In this document: piece by piece, positions 43,975 to 51,418 of the stretch
Position numbering within the stretch: the stretch's first letter is position 1
How the letters are laid out: every line of letters begins with the position of its first letter
The notes under the pieces: model-generated
Told to the model about the DNA's origin: nothing
Seen by the model: the letters and a program-made list of their open reading frames with translations, nothing else
Databases searched by the model: none
Program-made: the position numbers and the translations under genes
Source of the DNA: a virus
Taxonomy: Duplodnaviria; Caudoviricetes
Reading direction: 5' to 3' (one strand)
IMG/VR virus record: IMGVR_UViG_3300020577_011395
Coordinates: 1 to 64,000 of that record
Length of the DNA stretch: 64,000 nt

Positions 43975-44049
43975 GGGCTGATAGTGATAGTGGTAGCACG
44001 CTGCGTTTGCACCGCAGAGGTTGGGGTTCAATTCCCCATCGGTCCACCA
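43975..44049 (+). tRNA. tRNA-Ala(TGC)
   Basis: G3-U70 pair; loop TTTGCAC. Confidence 0.92.
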
Positions 44050-44057
44050 AAGAATGT

Positions 44058-44136
44058 TTGGAAGAAGCAATTGTTGGTTTATTGCAGCTAGCTGTTAACT
44101 AGCCGTTCGCTGGTTCGATTCCAGCCTTCCAAGCCA
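44058..44136 (+). tRNA. tRNA-Asn(GTT)
   Basis: GCTAG-CTGTTAA-CTAGC; G-CCA. Confidence 0.9.
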
Positions 44137-44155
44137 ATTTTTAGAAAGGTAATAA

Positions 44156-44534
44156 ATGTATAATATTGGTGATTTAATTGTAATTAAAGATAAATATCGA
44201 CCAGATTACAATGTAATATATGTTTTAATAAAGTGCTTAAATGCAAACATTAATACTTGGGTCTGTTATGATATTGCAAAGCAGATTTCGCCAGAAATAA
44301 CGCTTTCAACCATAGGATACGGTTTTCTTGTTGAAAGGATATGGAATCGTGTATAAACCAGGTGATATGCTTTGTTATCAGTTTAATCCACCAACTGAAT
44401 TAAAATTTTATTATGTTCTATTAGAACCAAAAAAAGGAAATTCTGGTATTTGGATCGCTTGGGATGTTAAATATGCAAAGAAAACCCAGATTGGCACTAA
44501 AACGTCAAACAGAACAATAACAAAGGTAGAGTAA
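44156..44534 (+). CDS. two KxGD-family small paralogues inside the tRNA array
   Basis: YNIGDLI and YKPGDML N-termini. Confidence 0.6.
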
Positions 44535-44541
44535 AAAATAT

Positions 44542-44616
44542 GGCTCTTTAGTAGAATGGTTATAACGTTTGGCTTACATCCAAAAAAAGGGGGTTCAATT
44601 CCCTCAAGAGCTACCA
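44542..44616 (+). tRNA. tRNA-Val(TAC)
   Basis: TTTGG-CTTACAT-CCAAA. Confidence 0.9.
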
Positions 44617-44631
44617 AATTGGAGTACTAAA

Positions 44632-44838
44632 ATGTATAAAGAAAACCTACCAAAACTATGTTGTAAGAACGTTGGTGGCCATAGTGTTAAATGGTGCGGA
44701 CAAGAAGCAACAGTTTGGTATAAACACTACGGCACAGAAGATATTTGTTCTTATTGTGAGCAACACGATTACGAATGTGGTGAAAAAGTTAATATCGACC
44801 CCTTGGCCGAGAGTCTAGGCATTAGTCTGCAAAACTAA
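44632..44838 (+). CDS. Cys-rich small protein whose 3' end runs into tRNA-Cys
   Basis: GGAG RBS; CC..C..CxxCxxH. Confidence 0.5.
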   Translation: MYKENLPKLCCKNVGGHSVKWCGQEATVWYKHYGTEDICSYCEQHDYECGEKVNIDPLAESLGISLQN

Positions 44839-44870
44839 TCACATTGGTTAAAATCCAATAGGGGTCTCCA
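44797..44870 (+). tRNA. tRNA-Cys(GCA)
   Basis: GACCCCT/AGGGGTC-T-CCA; loop CTGCAAA. Confidence 0.9.
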
Positions 44871-44886
44871 AGAAGGGAACTAATTT

Positions 44887-45102
44887 ATGCTGATTGAAGC
44901 TGTAACAGAAGGTGCAATTGTCACTACCGCTGTTGATTTAGAAAGTGGCGGTATAACAATTCCAAAAGGAATACAGGGAACCGTGGTGCATATTTATCCA
45001 GGCTCACAGGCTTTTGAAGTTGAATTTCTTCTTGATATTAATACGGAAGATACATATACTCTAGTTGTAACTGTAATGTTTAATCAACTAGAACTTGTGT
45101 GA
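44887..45102 (+). CDS. DUF4926-like small beta-barrel protein
   Basis: IPKGIQGTVVHIY...AFEVEF. Confidence 0.7.
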   Translation: MLIEAVTEGAIVTTAVDLESGGITIPKGIQGTVVHIYPGSQAFEVEFLLDINTEDTYTLVVTVMFNQLELV

Positions 45103-45206
45103 GCGGGAATAAAACAGAAAAATAAAGAGCCGCTTGACACGCCGCCGGACCTGTGGTAGAGTAGGTTCATAAGATTGAGACACACCAAAGAAAAGGATTG
45201 ATAAAA

Positions 45207-45677
45207 ATGAACACTGTAAAACTTCGCAAGGCCCTCCAAATTAAGAATCGTCTAGCTGGTGAAATTGCTAATCTAACTCGTCGTCTGAATGTAAACAACC
45301 ATCCTGACCAAGATGGTAAGGCTCCTGAGTTTGATATTCGTGCCCTTTTAGCTGAACGTAAAGAACTAGTAAATAAGCTAGTACAGGTAAAGACTGTTAT
45401 TGCAAAGGCTAACGTTGATATCTATGAAAAGATCAATCAACTAGCTGAACTAAAGAGCGAGGTTTCTGTACTATCTCTAATCCCTACTCAAGATGTTCGT
45501 GGCAATAAAAGAGTACTAGTTGAAGGCCGTTATGATTATCTTGATACTGTTACACCTGCGGTTATTAAATCTAAAGAAGTACAAGAAAAAGTTACTGCTC
45601 TTAATTTAGAAATTGAAAGTCTACAAGACGCAATCGACTATCATAATTCGGTCACTGATGTTGTTGTGCCGGAATAA
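45207..45677 (+). CDS. helical coiled-coil protein, DIP1984/DUF6847-like
   Basis: KLxKALxxKNRLxxEI...IAKAN...LQDAIDYHNSVT pattern (recalled similarity, not searched). Confidence 0.55.
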   Translation: MNTVKLRKALQIKNRLAGEIANLTRRLNVNNHPDQDGKAPEFDIRALLAERKELVNKLVQVKTVIAKANVDIYEKINQLAELKSEVSVLSLIPTQDVRGNKRVLVEGRYDYLDTVTPAVIKSKEVQEKVTALNLEIESLQDAIDYHNSVTDVVVPE

Positions 45678-45692
45678 GTTAGTCTAAAAGCT

Positions 45693-45939
45693 AGGGAGTA
45701 GCCAACACCTATTCCAACATATTTTAGAATATAATGGTTAAAAATCTTTCGATTCATACTCGAAAACCTCCTTTGCCTGGATGATAAAACACGACAAGGA
45801 TAAGGAACAGCGGATTCGTCCGCCCAAAACTTAAGTCTTTTTCTATTAAGATTGAAAGTTTAAAACCTAAACCACAAACTCTAAAATTCTTCCAACCATT
45901 TTTTTGAAGTGTGCTTGGAGTAGGTGTTGGCGAAACCTT
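45693..45939 (+). ncRNA. stem-closed structured RNA with heptamer-periodic loop
   Basis: 17-bp closing stem 45701-45717 / 45915-45931, AGTA/GAAA internal loop, NAANNNN units at 45825-45888. Confidence 0.65.
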
Positions 45940-45950
45940 TTATAATTTAT

Positions 45951-46026
45951 GGGATCGTAGCTCAATTGGCAGAGCATTCCGCTTTTAACGGACAGGTTGT
46001 GGGATCGTCACCCACCGATCCCACCA
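45951..46026 (+). tRNA. tRNA-Lys(TTT)
   Basis: loop CTTTTAA; T-loop ATCGTCA; CCA. Confidence 0.88.
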
Positions 46027-46119
46027 AATGGTTTTTCGAGCATTAACTCGAAACCTTGGACTGCTGGATAACCAAGCCGGTGAAAGACCGAAGAAACCCA
46101 GCCTTAATTTTGTTTCAAG

Positions 46120-46198
46120 TTTTTAGAACATAGCTTAACGGAAAAGCATACCTCAAAATAGAGGTGGATTTTGGTTCGAATCCAAATGATTCTAAAAA
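46120..46198 (+). ncRNA. tRNA-like element 1 (6-nt anticodon loop, no CCA)
   Basis: D-arm GCTT/AAGC, ACCTC-AAAATA-GAGGT, T-arm TTTGG-TTCGAAT-CCAAA. Confidence 0.6.
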
Positions 46199-46227
46199 GT
46201 TTTTATTGTACTACTTAAAATAAGTAT

Positions 46228-46305
46228 GGCCCATTCATCTACGTTTGGCTAGGATATTGGACTTTCACTCCAACAAAACGGGATCGACACCCGTATGGGC
46301 TACCA
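46228..46305 (+). tRNA. tRNA-Glu(TTC)
   Basis: TTGGA-CTTTCAC-TCCAA. Confidence 0.9.
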
Positions 46306-46307
46306 AT

Positions 46308-46387
46308 TTGTAAGATATCATCCTTGGGGATATTAGGCACCCTTGAAGTGCCTACGGCACAGTTCAAATCTGTGATATACTTACAAT
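46308..46387 (+). ncRNA. tRNA-like element 2
   Basis: bulged terminal stem; TAGGCAC-CCTTGAA-GTGCCTA; T-arm CACAG-TTCAAAT-CTGTG; no CCA. Confidence 0.6.
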
Positions 46388-46391
46388 AATT

Positions 46392-46470
46392 TTGTAGAGG
46401 TCTTACTAGGGTAGGTATTGCGGTCGCGGAGACAGCAAAAGCTGGTTCAACTCCAGCAGACACTTTACAA
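46392..46470 (+). ncRNA. tRNA-like element 3
   Basis: bulged terminal stem TTGTAGAG-GTCT / AGAC-A-CTTTACAA; T-arm GCTGG-TTCAACT-CCAGC; no CCA. Confidence 0.6.
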
Positions 46471-46479
46471 TAAATTTAT

Positions 46480-46572
46480 GGAAGGTTGGGTGAGTGTCTT
46501 AAACCAGTTGCCTGCTAAGCGACCATGGCCTTTAAAAAGCCATCGTGGGTTAAAATCCCACACCTTCCGCCA
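46480..46572 (+). tRNA. tRNA-Ser(GCT)
   Basis: loop CTGCTAA; long variable arm. Confidence 0.9.
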
Positions 46573-46580
46573 ATATTAAA

Positions 46581-46760
46581 ATGACCTGTGATATCTGTAA
46601 AGAAAAAAAGTTCGTCTACGAAAAAAAAGTCCTTGACGAGCTTATTACTCTGTGCGAAGATTGTGACTGGTCAACAGAAGATATAAAAGAAGCGGATAAG
46701 ATTGGACAAGCTATGAAAGATAAGTTGTCTGAGATTATGAAAGAAATGTTTAAAGACTAA
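46581..46760 (+). CDS. 59-aa Zn-finger protein (not in ORF track)
   Basis: MTCDIC...LCEDC. Confidence 0.55.
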   Translation: MTCDICKEKKFVYEKKVLDELITLCEDCDWSTEDIKEADKIGQAMKDKLSEIMKEMFKD

Positions 46761-46771
46761 TTAAAATAAAT

Positions 46772-46847
46772 GCATCAGTAGCTCAACAGGTAGAGCACTT
46801 GTTTTGTAATCAAGCGGTTGTAGGTTCAATTCCTATCTGATGCTCCA
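46772..46847 (+). tRNA. tRNA-Thr(TGT)
   Basis: loop TTTGTAA; T-CCA. Confidence 0.9.
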
Positions 46848-46920
46848 ATTTTGTTTAGCTATGGAATCTGGCGGGATCAAGCCAATTGACGATCCCAAGC
46901 CCATAGCTAAACATCTTTTT

Positions 46921-46995
46921 ACGAGTATAGTGAAATGGTTATCACACTTGTCTGATACACAGGTATTCAAAGTTCAAATCTTTGTACTCGTACCA
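46921..46995 (+). tRNA. tRNA-Ile(GAT)
   Basis: loop CTGATAC. Confidence 0.88.
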
Positions 46996-47009
46996 AATTT
47001 ATAAGAAAT

Positions 47010-47087
47010 GGCCCTCTAGCGCAACAGGTAGGAGGCAGCAGACTCAAAATCTGTACAGTGTGGGTTCGAATCCCACGGGGGCCACCA
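47010..47087 (+). tRNA. tRNA-Leu(CAA), short variable arm
   Basis: GCAGA-CTCAAAA-TCTGT; variable region ACAGT. Confidence 0.88.
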
Positions 47088-47095
47088 AATTTTAT

Positions 47096-47171
47096 ACTCC
47101 CTTAGCGCAGCGGTTAGCGCAGCGAGCTTATATCTCGTTGGTCGCTGGTTCAAATCCAGCAGGGAGTACCA
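47096..47171 (+). tRNA. tRNA-Ile(TAT)
   Basis: GCGAG-CTTATAT-CTCGT. Confidence 0.88.
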
Positions 47172-47187
47172 ATTGAAAAGAAAGTTT

Positions 47188-47263
47188 GGGACTTTAGCTC
47201 AGCTGGGAGAGCATTCGACTCTTAATCGACAGGTCGTGAGTTCAAATCTCACAAGTCCTACCA
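47188..47263 (+). tRNA. tRNA-Lys(CTT)
   Basis: loop CTCTTAA. Confidence 0.92.
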
Positions 47264-47277
47264 AAATAAAATAGTTC

Positions 47278-47353
47278 GGTCTTGTCATCTAACGGTTTAG
47301 GATATAGCCCTCTCACGGCTAGTATTGGGGTTCGAATCCCCACAGGATCACCA
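47278..47353 (+). tRNA. tRNA-Glu(CTC)
   Basis: TAGCC-CTCTCAC-GGCTA. Confidence 0.92.
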
Positions 47354-47360
47354 AAATCAT

Positions 47361-47437
47361 GCATCCGTAACTCAACTGGACAGAGTAACGAGCTTCTACC
47401 TCGTAAGCTGTAGGTTCAAATCCTACCGGATGCGCCA
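47361..47437 (+). tRNA. tRNA-Arg(TCT)
   Basis: ACGAG-CTTCTAC-CTCGT. Confidence 0.92.
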
Positions 47438-47585
47438 ATTGTAAGGTTCGTTTAGCTTAATGACCACCTTAAAAGGTATGAGGATATTCTAGATAATATC
47501 ATATGGATAAAGGTTTATTTTAAAGAGCCTACGAATCGTATCGTAGAGGTCTGGAATGGCAAACCAGAGCGGACATCAAATTTAT

Positions 47586-47659
47586 TGGGGAATCATCTAA
47601 CGGCAGGATAACGCTCTCTGAAAGCGTCCATGATGGTTCGAATCCATCTTCCCCAACCA
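47586..47659 (+). tRNA. tRNA-Gln(CTG)
   Basis: ACGCT-CTCTGAA-AGCGT. Confidence 0.9.
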
Positions 47660-47667
47660 AAGGATTT

Positions 47668-47979
47668 ATGCTAAAGATATTAGCTTTTATATTGTTGTAC
47701 CTTACACCGATTAGTACTGCCGCTCAAAGCACTGCTTCTGTTCATGTTGCAGCGACTATTTCTCCTTCCGTGAATGTTTATTCGGATGAAAATATTATAT
47801 ACTGGATAAGTAATTGCGAAGATGCTAGTGTTAGTGCAGTGATAAACAATGAATTTGTAGCTTTAAATACGCCAGAAAGAATATATACTCTAGAAAATGT
47901 TGAGCTAATGGCATCTGGAGTTAAAGAAGAAGATATATTTAAAGATAACCAAAATTATTTGATGTTAGCAAGAAAATAG
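47668..47979 (+). CDS. secreted/periplasmic hypothetical
   Basis: signal-peptide-like N-terminus. Confidence 0.55.
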   Translation: MLKILAFILLYLTPISTAAQSTASVHVAATISPSVNVYSDENIIYWISNCEDASVSAVINNEFVALNTPERIYTLENVELMASGVKEEDIFKDNQNYLMLARK

Positions 47980-47986
47980 AAAGTAT

Positions 47987-48061
47987 TCCCCTTTCGTCTA
48001 ATTGGCAGGACAGTAGACTTTGAATCTGCTTATCTACGTTCAAATCGTAGAAGGGGAACCA
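47987..48061 (+). tRNA. tRNA-Gln(TTG)
   Basis: GTAGA-CTTTGAA-TCTGC. Confidence 0.9.
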
Positions 48062-48069
48062 AATTTTAT

Positions 48070-48144
48070 AGCGTGTGGCAGGTTAGATCTGAGCCAGTCT
48101 CATAAGCTGGAAAAACCGGGTGCGATTCCCGCGTAACGCTACCA
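48070..48144 (+). tRNA. atypical tRNA-CAT (Met)
   Basis: CCAGT-CTCATAA-GCTGG and CCA, but imperfect acceptor/T stems, minimal D-arm, T-loop TGCGATT. Confidence 0.6.
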
Positions 48145-48169
48145 ATTTTTAAAGAGACTACTTATATAC

Positions 48170-48694
48170 ATGAAGATTAAAATCTTAAAAGAGTCACTTG
48201 AAGAACCAAAAGGTCTAGGAAATAAGCTTGGGTCTGGCGTTCAAGGGATTGTATATAGGCTTGAAAATGGCCAAGTAGCGAAACTGACAAAAAAGAAACA
48301 AGAAGCAGAAATCGCAACTCTCATTTTAAATAAAAAAATATTTCATGAAGCCTTACCAATATTCACATCCGTGAATAAAACAACAGAAAATAAATGGTGG
48401 TTGGTAAGAGAAGATTTACGGGACTTCCCAAAAAACAAAGAATTGGACCGAGTTCTTGGTGACTTCGAGGTGATGACAGTTTACACTGATTGGTCACCAG
48501 CAGTCCAACAAGCACAAAATTCGTTAAATAGTCTAGAGGGTAAAAATCTAGAATATGCTAAAAAAATGTTTTCTCTCTATGAATATGCAAAACAAATAGG
48601 CATGAAGCTTACAGACTCTAGAACAAGCAATTGGGGTTTAAGAGGCGATCAGCCAGTTTTAAGAGATTTTGGCGCAGCAAGAATAAATGTATAA
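48170..48694 (+). CDS. minimal protein-kinase-like fold protein
   Basis: LGSGVQGIVY (Gly loop), VAK, E, DxxxxN and DFG motifs. Confidence 0.75.
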   Translation: MKIKILKESLEEPKGLGNKLGSGVQGIVYRLENGQVAKLTKKKQEAEIATLILNKKIFHEALPIFTSVNKTTENKWWLVREDLRDFPKNKELDRVLGDFEVMTVYTDWSPAVQQAQNSLNSLEGKNLEYAKKMFSLYEYAKQIGMKLTDSRTSNWGLRGDQPVLRDFGAARINV

Positions 48695-48704
48695 ATTAAA
48701 ATAT

Positions 48705-48781
48705 GGTGAATGTAGCTTAATTGTTAAAGCACCAGATTGTGAATCTGGCATATGTGGGTTAAAGTCCCATCATTTACCCCA
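48705..48781 (+). tRNA. tRNA-His(GTG)
   Basis: G-1:C73; CCAGA-TTGTGAA-TCTGG. Confidence 0.92.
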
Positions 48782-48793
48782 ATAAGAAAGTAT

Positions 48794-48868
48794 GCTAGTA
48801 TAGTGAAAAGGTTATCACACTCCTCTCATACGGGATTATTGTCAGTTCGATTCTGACTACTAGTACCA
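48794..48868 (+). tRNA. tRNA-CAT (Met or Ile2)
   Basis: loop CTCATAC; CCA. Confidence 0.8.
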
Positions 48869-48880
48869 AAGAAAGATAAA

Positions 48881-49204
48881 ATGCAAAATGCAACGAAAAT
48901 AGCTCTTATTGCCATTTCGTTGGCATGTCTGGGTTTTATAGCTGCATTCAACGCTAGATGGGTTAGATCAGGGTTCTCTCCTTGGTGGACGACATATATA
49001 ATGTCTCTATTCACTTCTAGTATATTCGCCTACCAGCTAAGAGCTAATATACTGCCGATAACCAGCATCGCAGTGTTTCAGCATTTTTTCTTTCATTCTT
49101 CCTGGTATTTGACAGCAATATTCTTTTTGCACGAACCAATGACTATTTTTAAAGGAATTGGTCTAACCCTTGCCTTTATTGGCATGATAATGATGAGTTT
49201 ATGA
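48881..49204 (+). CDS. 4-TM membrane protein (DMT/SMR-like)
   Basis: four hydrophobic helices; EPMT...GL.LAFIG C-terminus. Confidence 0.6.
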   Translation: MQNATKIALIAISLACLGFIAAFNARWVRSGFSPWWTTYIMSLFTSSIFAYQLRANILPITSIAVFQHFFFHSSWYLTAIFFLHEPMTIFKGIGLTLAFIGMIMMSL

Positions 49205-49467
49205 AAAAATTTATTGTTAAATCACATATTGATGAAGCAAGAATAGAATATCCCGAAGATTGTGAAAGAATCAAACAAGTCTTAGCATATTACGATCTAG
49301 ATGCTTCCCTAGAACAGTGTCAGGATCTCTGGGAGAGATACTCAGAAACTTACTGTGCTGGTTGGTTAGCTGGCTTAGATACAATGACCTACGAAGAAAT
49401 ATACAGATGTGTCCAAGAATTTATCTGGCCTCTTGACTGAGCAATAAAACTGTGGCACAGTGAGGGC

Positions 49468-50022
49468 ATGGACAACACAACTGATACAAGAAATATAACA
49501 GATTTTTATAAAAACGATCGCCTGACGAAGTGGACAACAGAACTAATCAAGGAAGATTTGGCTAAGAAAGCATTTCCTTATGCGGTTCTGATGGAAAACT
49601 TCGCAGGCGATTTTAATATTGGTACAGTAATAAGATCCGCAAATGCCTTTAATGCAGAAGCTGTATACTATTTAGGTAGTAAGCGATATGATAAGCGTGG
49701 TACTGTGGGAACTCATCATTATACCAATATTATTCACTTAAAAGAAAGGAAAGAATTGATTGCTCTAAAGGGCAAGTATGAGCTTATTGCTGTTGAGAAT
49801 ACTGTTGAAGGGGCTATTCCTTTGGTTAATGCTCAATATGAGCGTCCTCCTTTATTTATTCTTGGCGAAGAAGGCATCGGAATTACACCAGAAACGCTTA
49901 CTATCGCTGACAGAAGCGTATTTATTCCTCAGTATGGTTCTGTACGTTCTCTTAACGCTGCTGTTGCTGGTAGTATTATTATGAATGACTTTATAACAAA
50001 GCATACTGCTAAAAGCCAATAA
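49468..50022 (+). CDS. SpoU/TrmH-family RNA 2'-O-methyltransferase
   Basis: NIGTVIRS, LGEEGIG and IPQYGSVRSLNAAVA motifs. Confidence 0.9.
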   Translation: MDNTTDTRNITDFYKNDRLTKWTTELIKEDLAKKAFPYAVLMENFAGDFNIGTVIRSANAFNAEAVYYLGSKRYDKRGTVGTHHYTNIIHLKERKELIALKGKYELIAVENTVEGAIPLVNAQYERPPLFILGEEGIGITPETLTIADRSVFIPQYGSVRSLNAAVAGSIIMNDFITKHTAKSQ

Positions 50023-50039
50023 AACAACTAATTATCTAT

Positions 50040-51329
50040 ATGAAAATTAAGATATTAAAAGAAAGTTTATTATTGGAAGCGACCTATGAAGAGGCTAAGA
50101 CAATAGTAAATGGCCGTAAATATACTAAACAATTATTTGGTAGAGTAAAGCAGTATGTAGAAAAAGAATTTTCAAAACACTCTCATCCAGAAAAACAGGA
50201 TTATCTTGAAGATTGGACTGAAACAATAATTGGCTATATATTAAATAATTTTAAAACAGCGATTCCAGATGATATTACTGATGTGCAAAAGGGCGAAGCC
50301 CTTTTGTGGATTAAAAATATTACAGTAAATCAAATAGATGACCTAGTGACGTTTGCTTATCAACGATCTATTGTAATCAACCTAAATAGGAAAATAGAAA
50401 AATTTTTTAAAATGAGAGAAGCTGGGATTTTACCGGCAGATAAAAGTCAATTAAGTTCTTTTATAAGCGCAGAACAATTATTCCGTTTTATAGATGATCA
50501 CGAAAGTATTTATCAAAATTATATAAATAATAAAAAATCTAAAGTTGATAAAGCAAAAGCACTAGAAGGCACCGAACTAGTCTTTGAGGACGAAAAGTGG
50601 AAAGTATTTATACCTCATAATAAAGAGGCTTCCTGCGTATTAGGCTCTGGTACTGATTGGTGTACAGCAAAAGCAGGTCAAAATTATTATGAAGAATATC
50701 ATAAACCATATGATCCATTATTTATAATAATAAGTAAAACTGATCCAAAAGAAAAATATCAATTTCATTATGGTTCTATGCAGTTTATGAATAAAAACGA
50801 TGAACAGCTAGTTAGCACAAGCCCACAAATTTTAGTATCTTTACAACACATATTAAAAGAAAAAGTATCTGACCAATACCCCATAATTAATAATTTTGAA
50901 GTAGAAAAAGATCCTAGCGCAGACGAATACGCAACAAAAGAAAAAACTCAATATGGAAAAACAATAGAAACGGTTCATAAACTTGGTATTTTGTATCACT
51001 CAGATTTACTTCCAGCCTATGAACTAACAGATATAGAAGGTAACACGTTTCAGCAAGAGTGGTGGTGGCATGGCCTTAGACACAATTTGCATGGTCCTGC
51101 AAAAATTAATTACACTGATAATGTAATAGAATATTTTATTTATGATAGATATATAGGAAGTAAGCAAAAATTTGATGAGATTATACAAACACAAGCCTAT
51201 GAGAACATAAAACCAGAAGGTGTAGAAGCTGACTATTACGACCGAAGTCAAGAAAGAGAACTAATGAGAAATTTAAATATTAGAGAAAACAAAAACAATA
51301 AAAAGTTCAAAATAAAGATCCTAAACTAG
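50040..51329 (+). CDS. large-phage hypothetical, possible head-packaged protein
   Basis: MKIKILKES leader; ASCVLGSGTDWCTA...KYQFH...FMN domain; HNLHGPA motif. Confidence 0.6.
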   Translation: MKIKILKESLLLEATYEEAKTIVNGRKYTKQLFGRVKQYVEKEFSKHSHPEKQDYLEDWTETIIGYILNNFKTAIPDDITDVQKGEALLWIKNITVNQIDDLVTFAYQRSIVINLNRKIEKFFKMREAGILPADKSQLSSFISAEQLFRFIDDHESIYQNYINNKKSKVDKAKALEGTELVFEDEKWKVFIPHNKEASCVLGSGTDWCTAKAGQNYYEEYHKPYDPLFIIISKTDPKEKYQFHYGSMQFMNKNDEQLVSTSPQILVSLQHILKEKVSDQYPIINNFEVEKDPSADEYATKEKTQYGKTIETVHKLGILYHSDLLPAYELTDIEGNTFQQEWWWHGLRHNLHGPAKINYTDNVIEYFIYDRYIGSKQKFDEIIQTQAYENIKPEGVEADYYDRSQERELMRNLNIRENKNNKKFKIKILN

Positions 51330-51368
51330 TTATTCCGTGTTATATTTTTATAAAAAGTATAGTAAACT

Positions 51369-51398
51369 AACAACATCTAGAAATTTCTAGATGTTGTT
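51369..51398. terminator. perfect inverted repeat / terminator
   Basis: AACAACATCTAGAAA-TTTCTAGATGTTGTT followed by T-rich sequence. Confidence 0.65.
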
Positions 51399-51418
51399 TT
51401 ATTTTCGGAGAAAACATA

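Noticed and set aside
46050-46103. Hammerhead ribozyme
   Set aside because: GAAA is present but the CUGANGA core is absent.
41888-47176. ORF-track entries 41888-42076, 44411-44617, 46239-46463 and 46982-47176
   Set aside because: They are translations of tRNA or tRNA-like genes.
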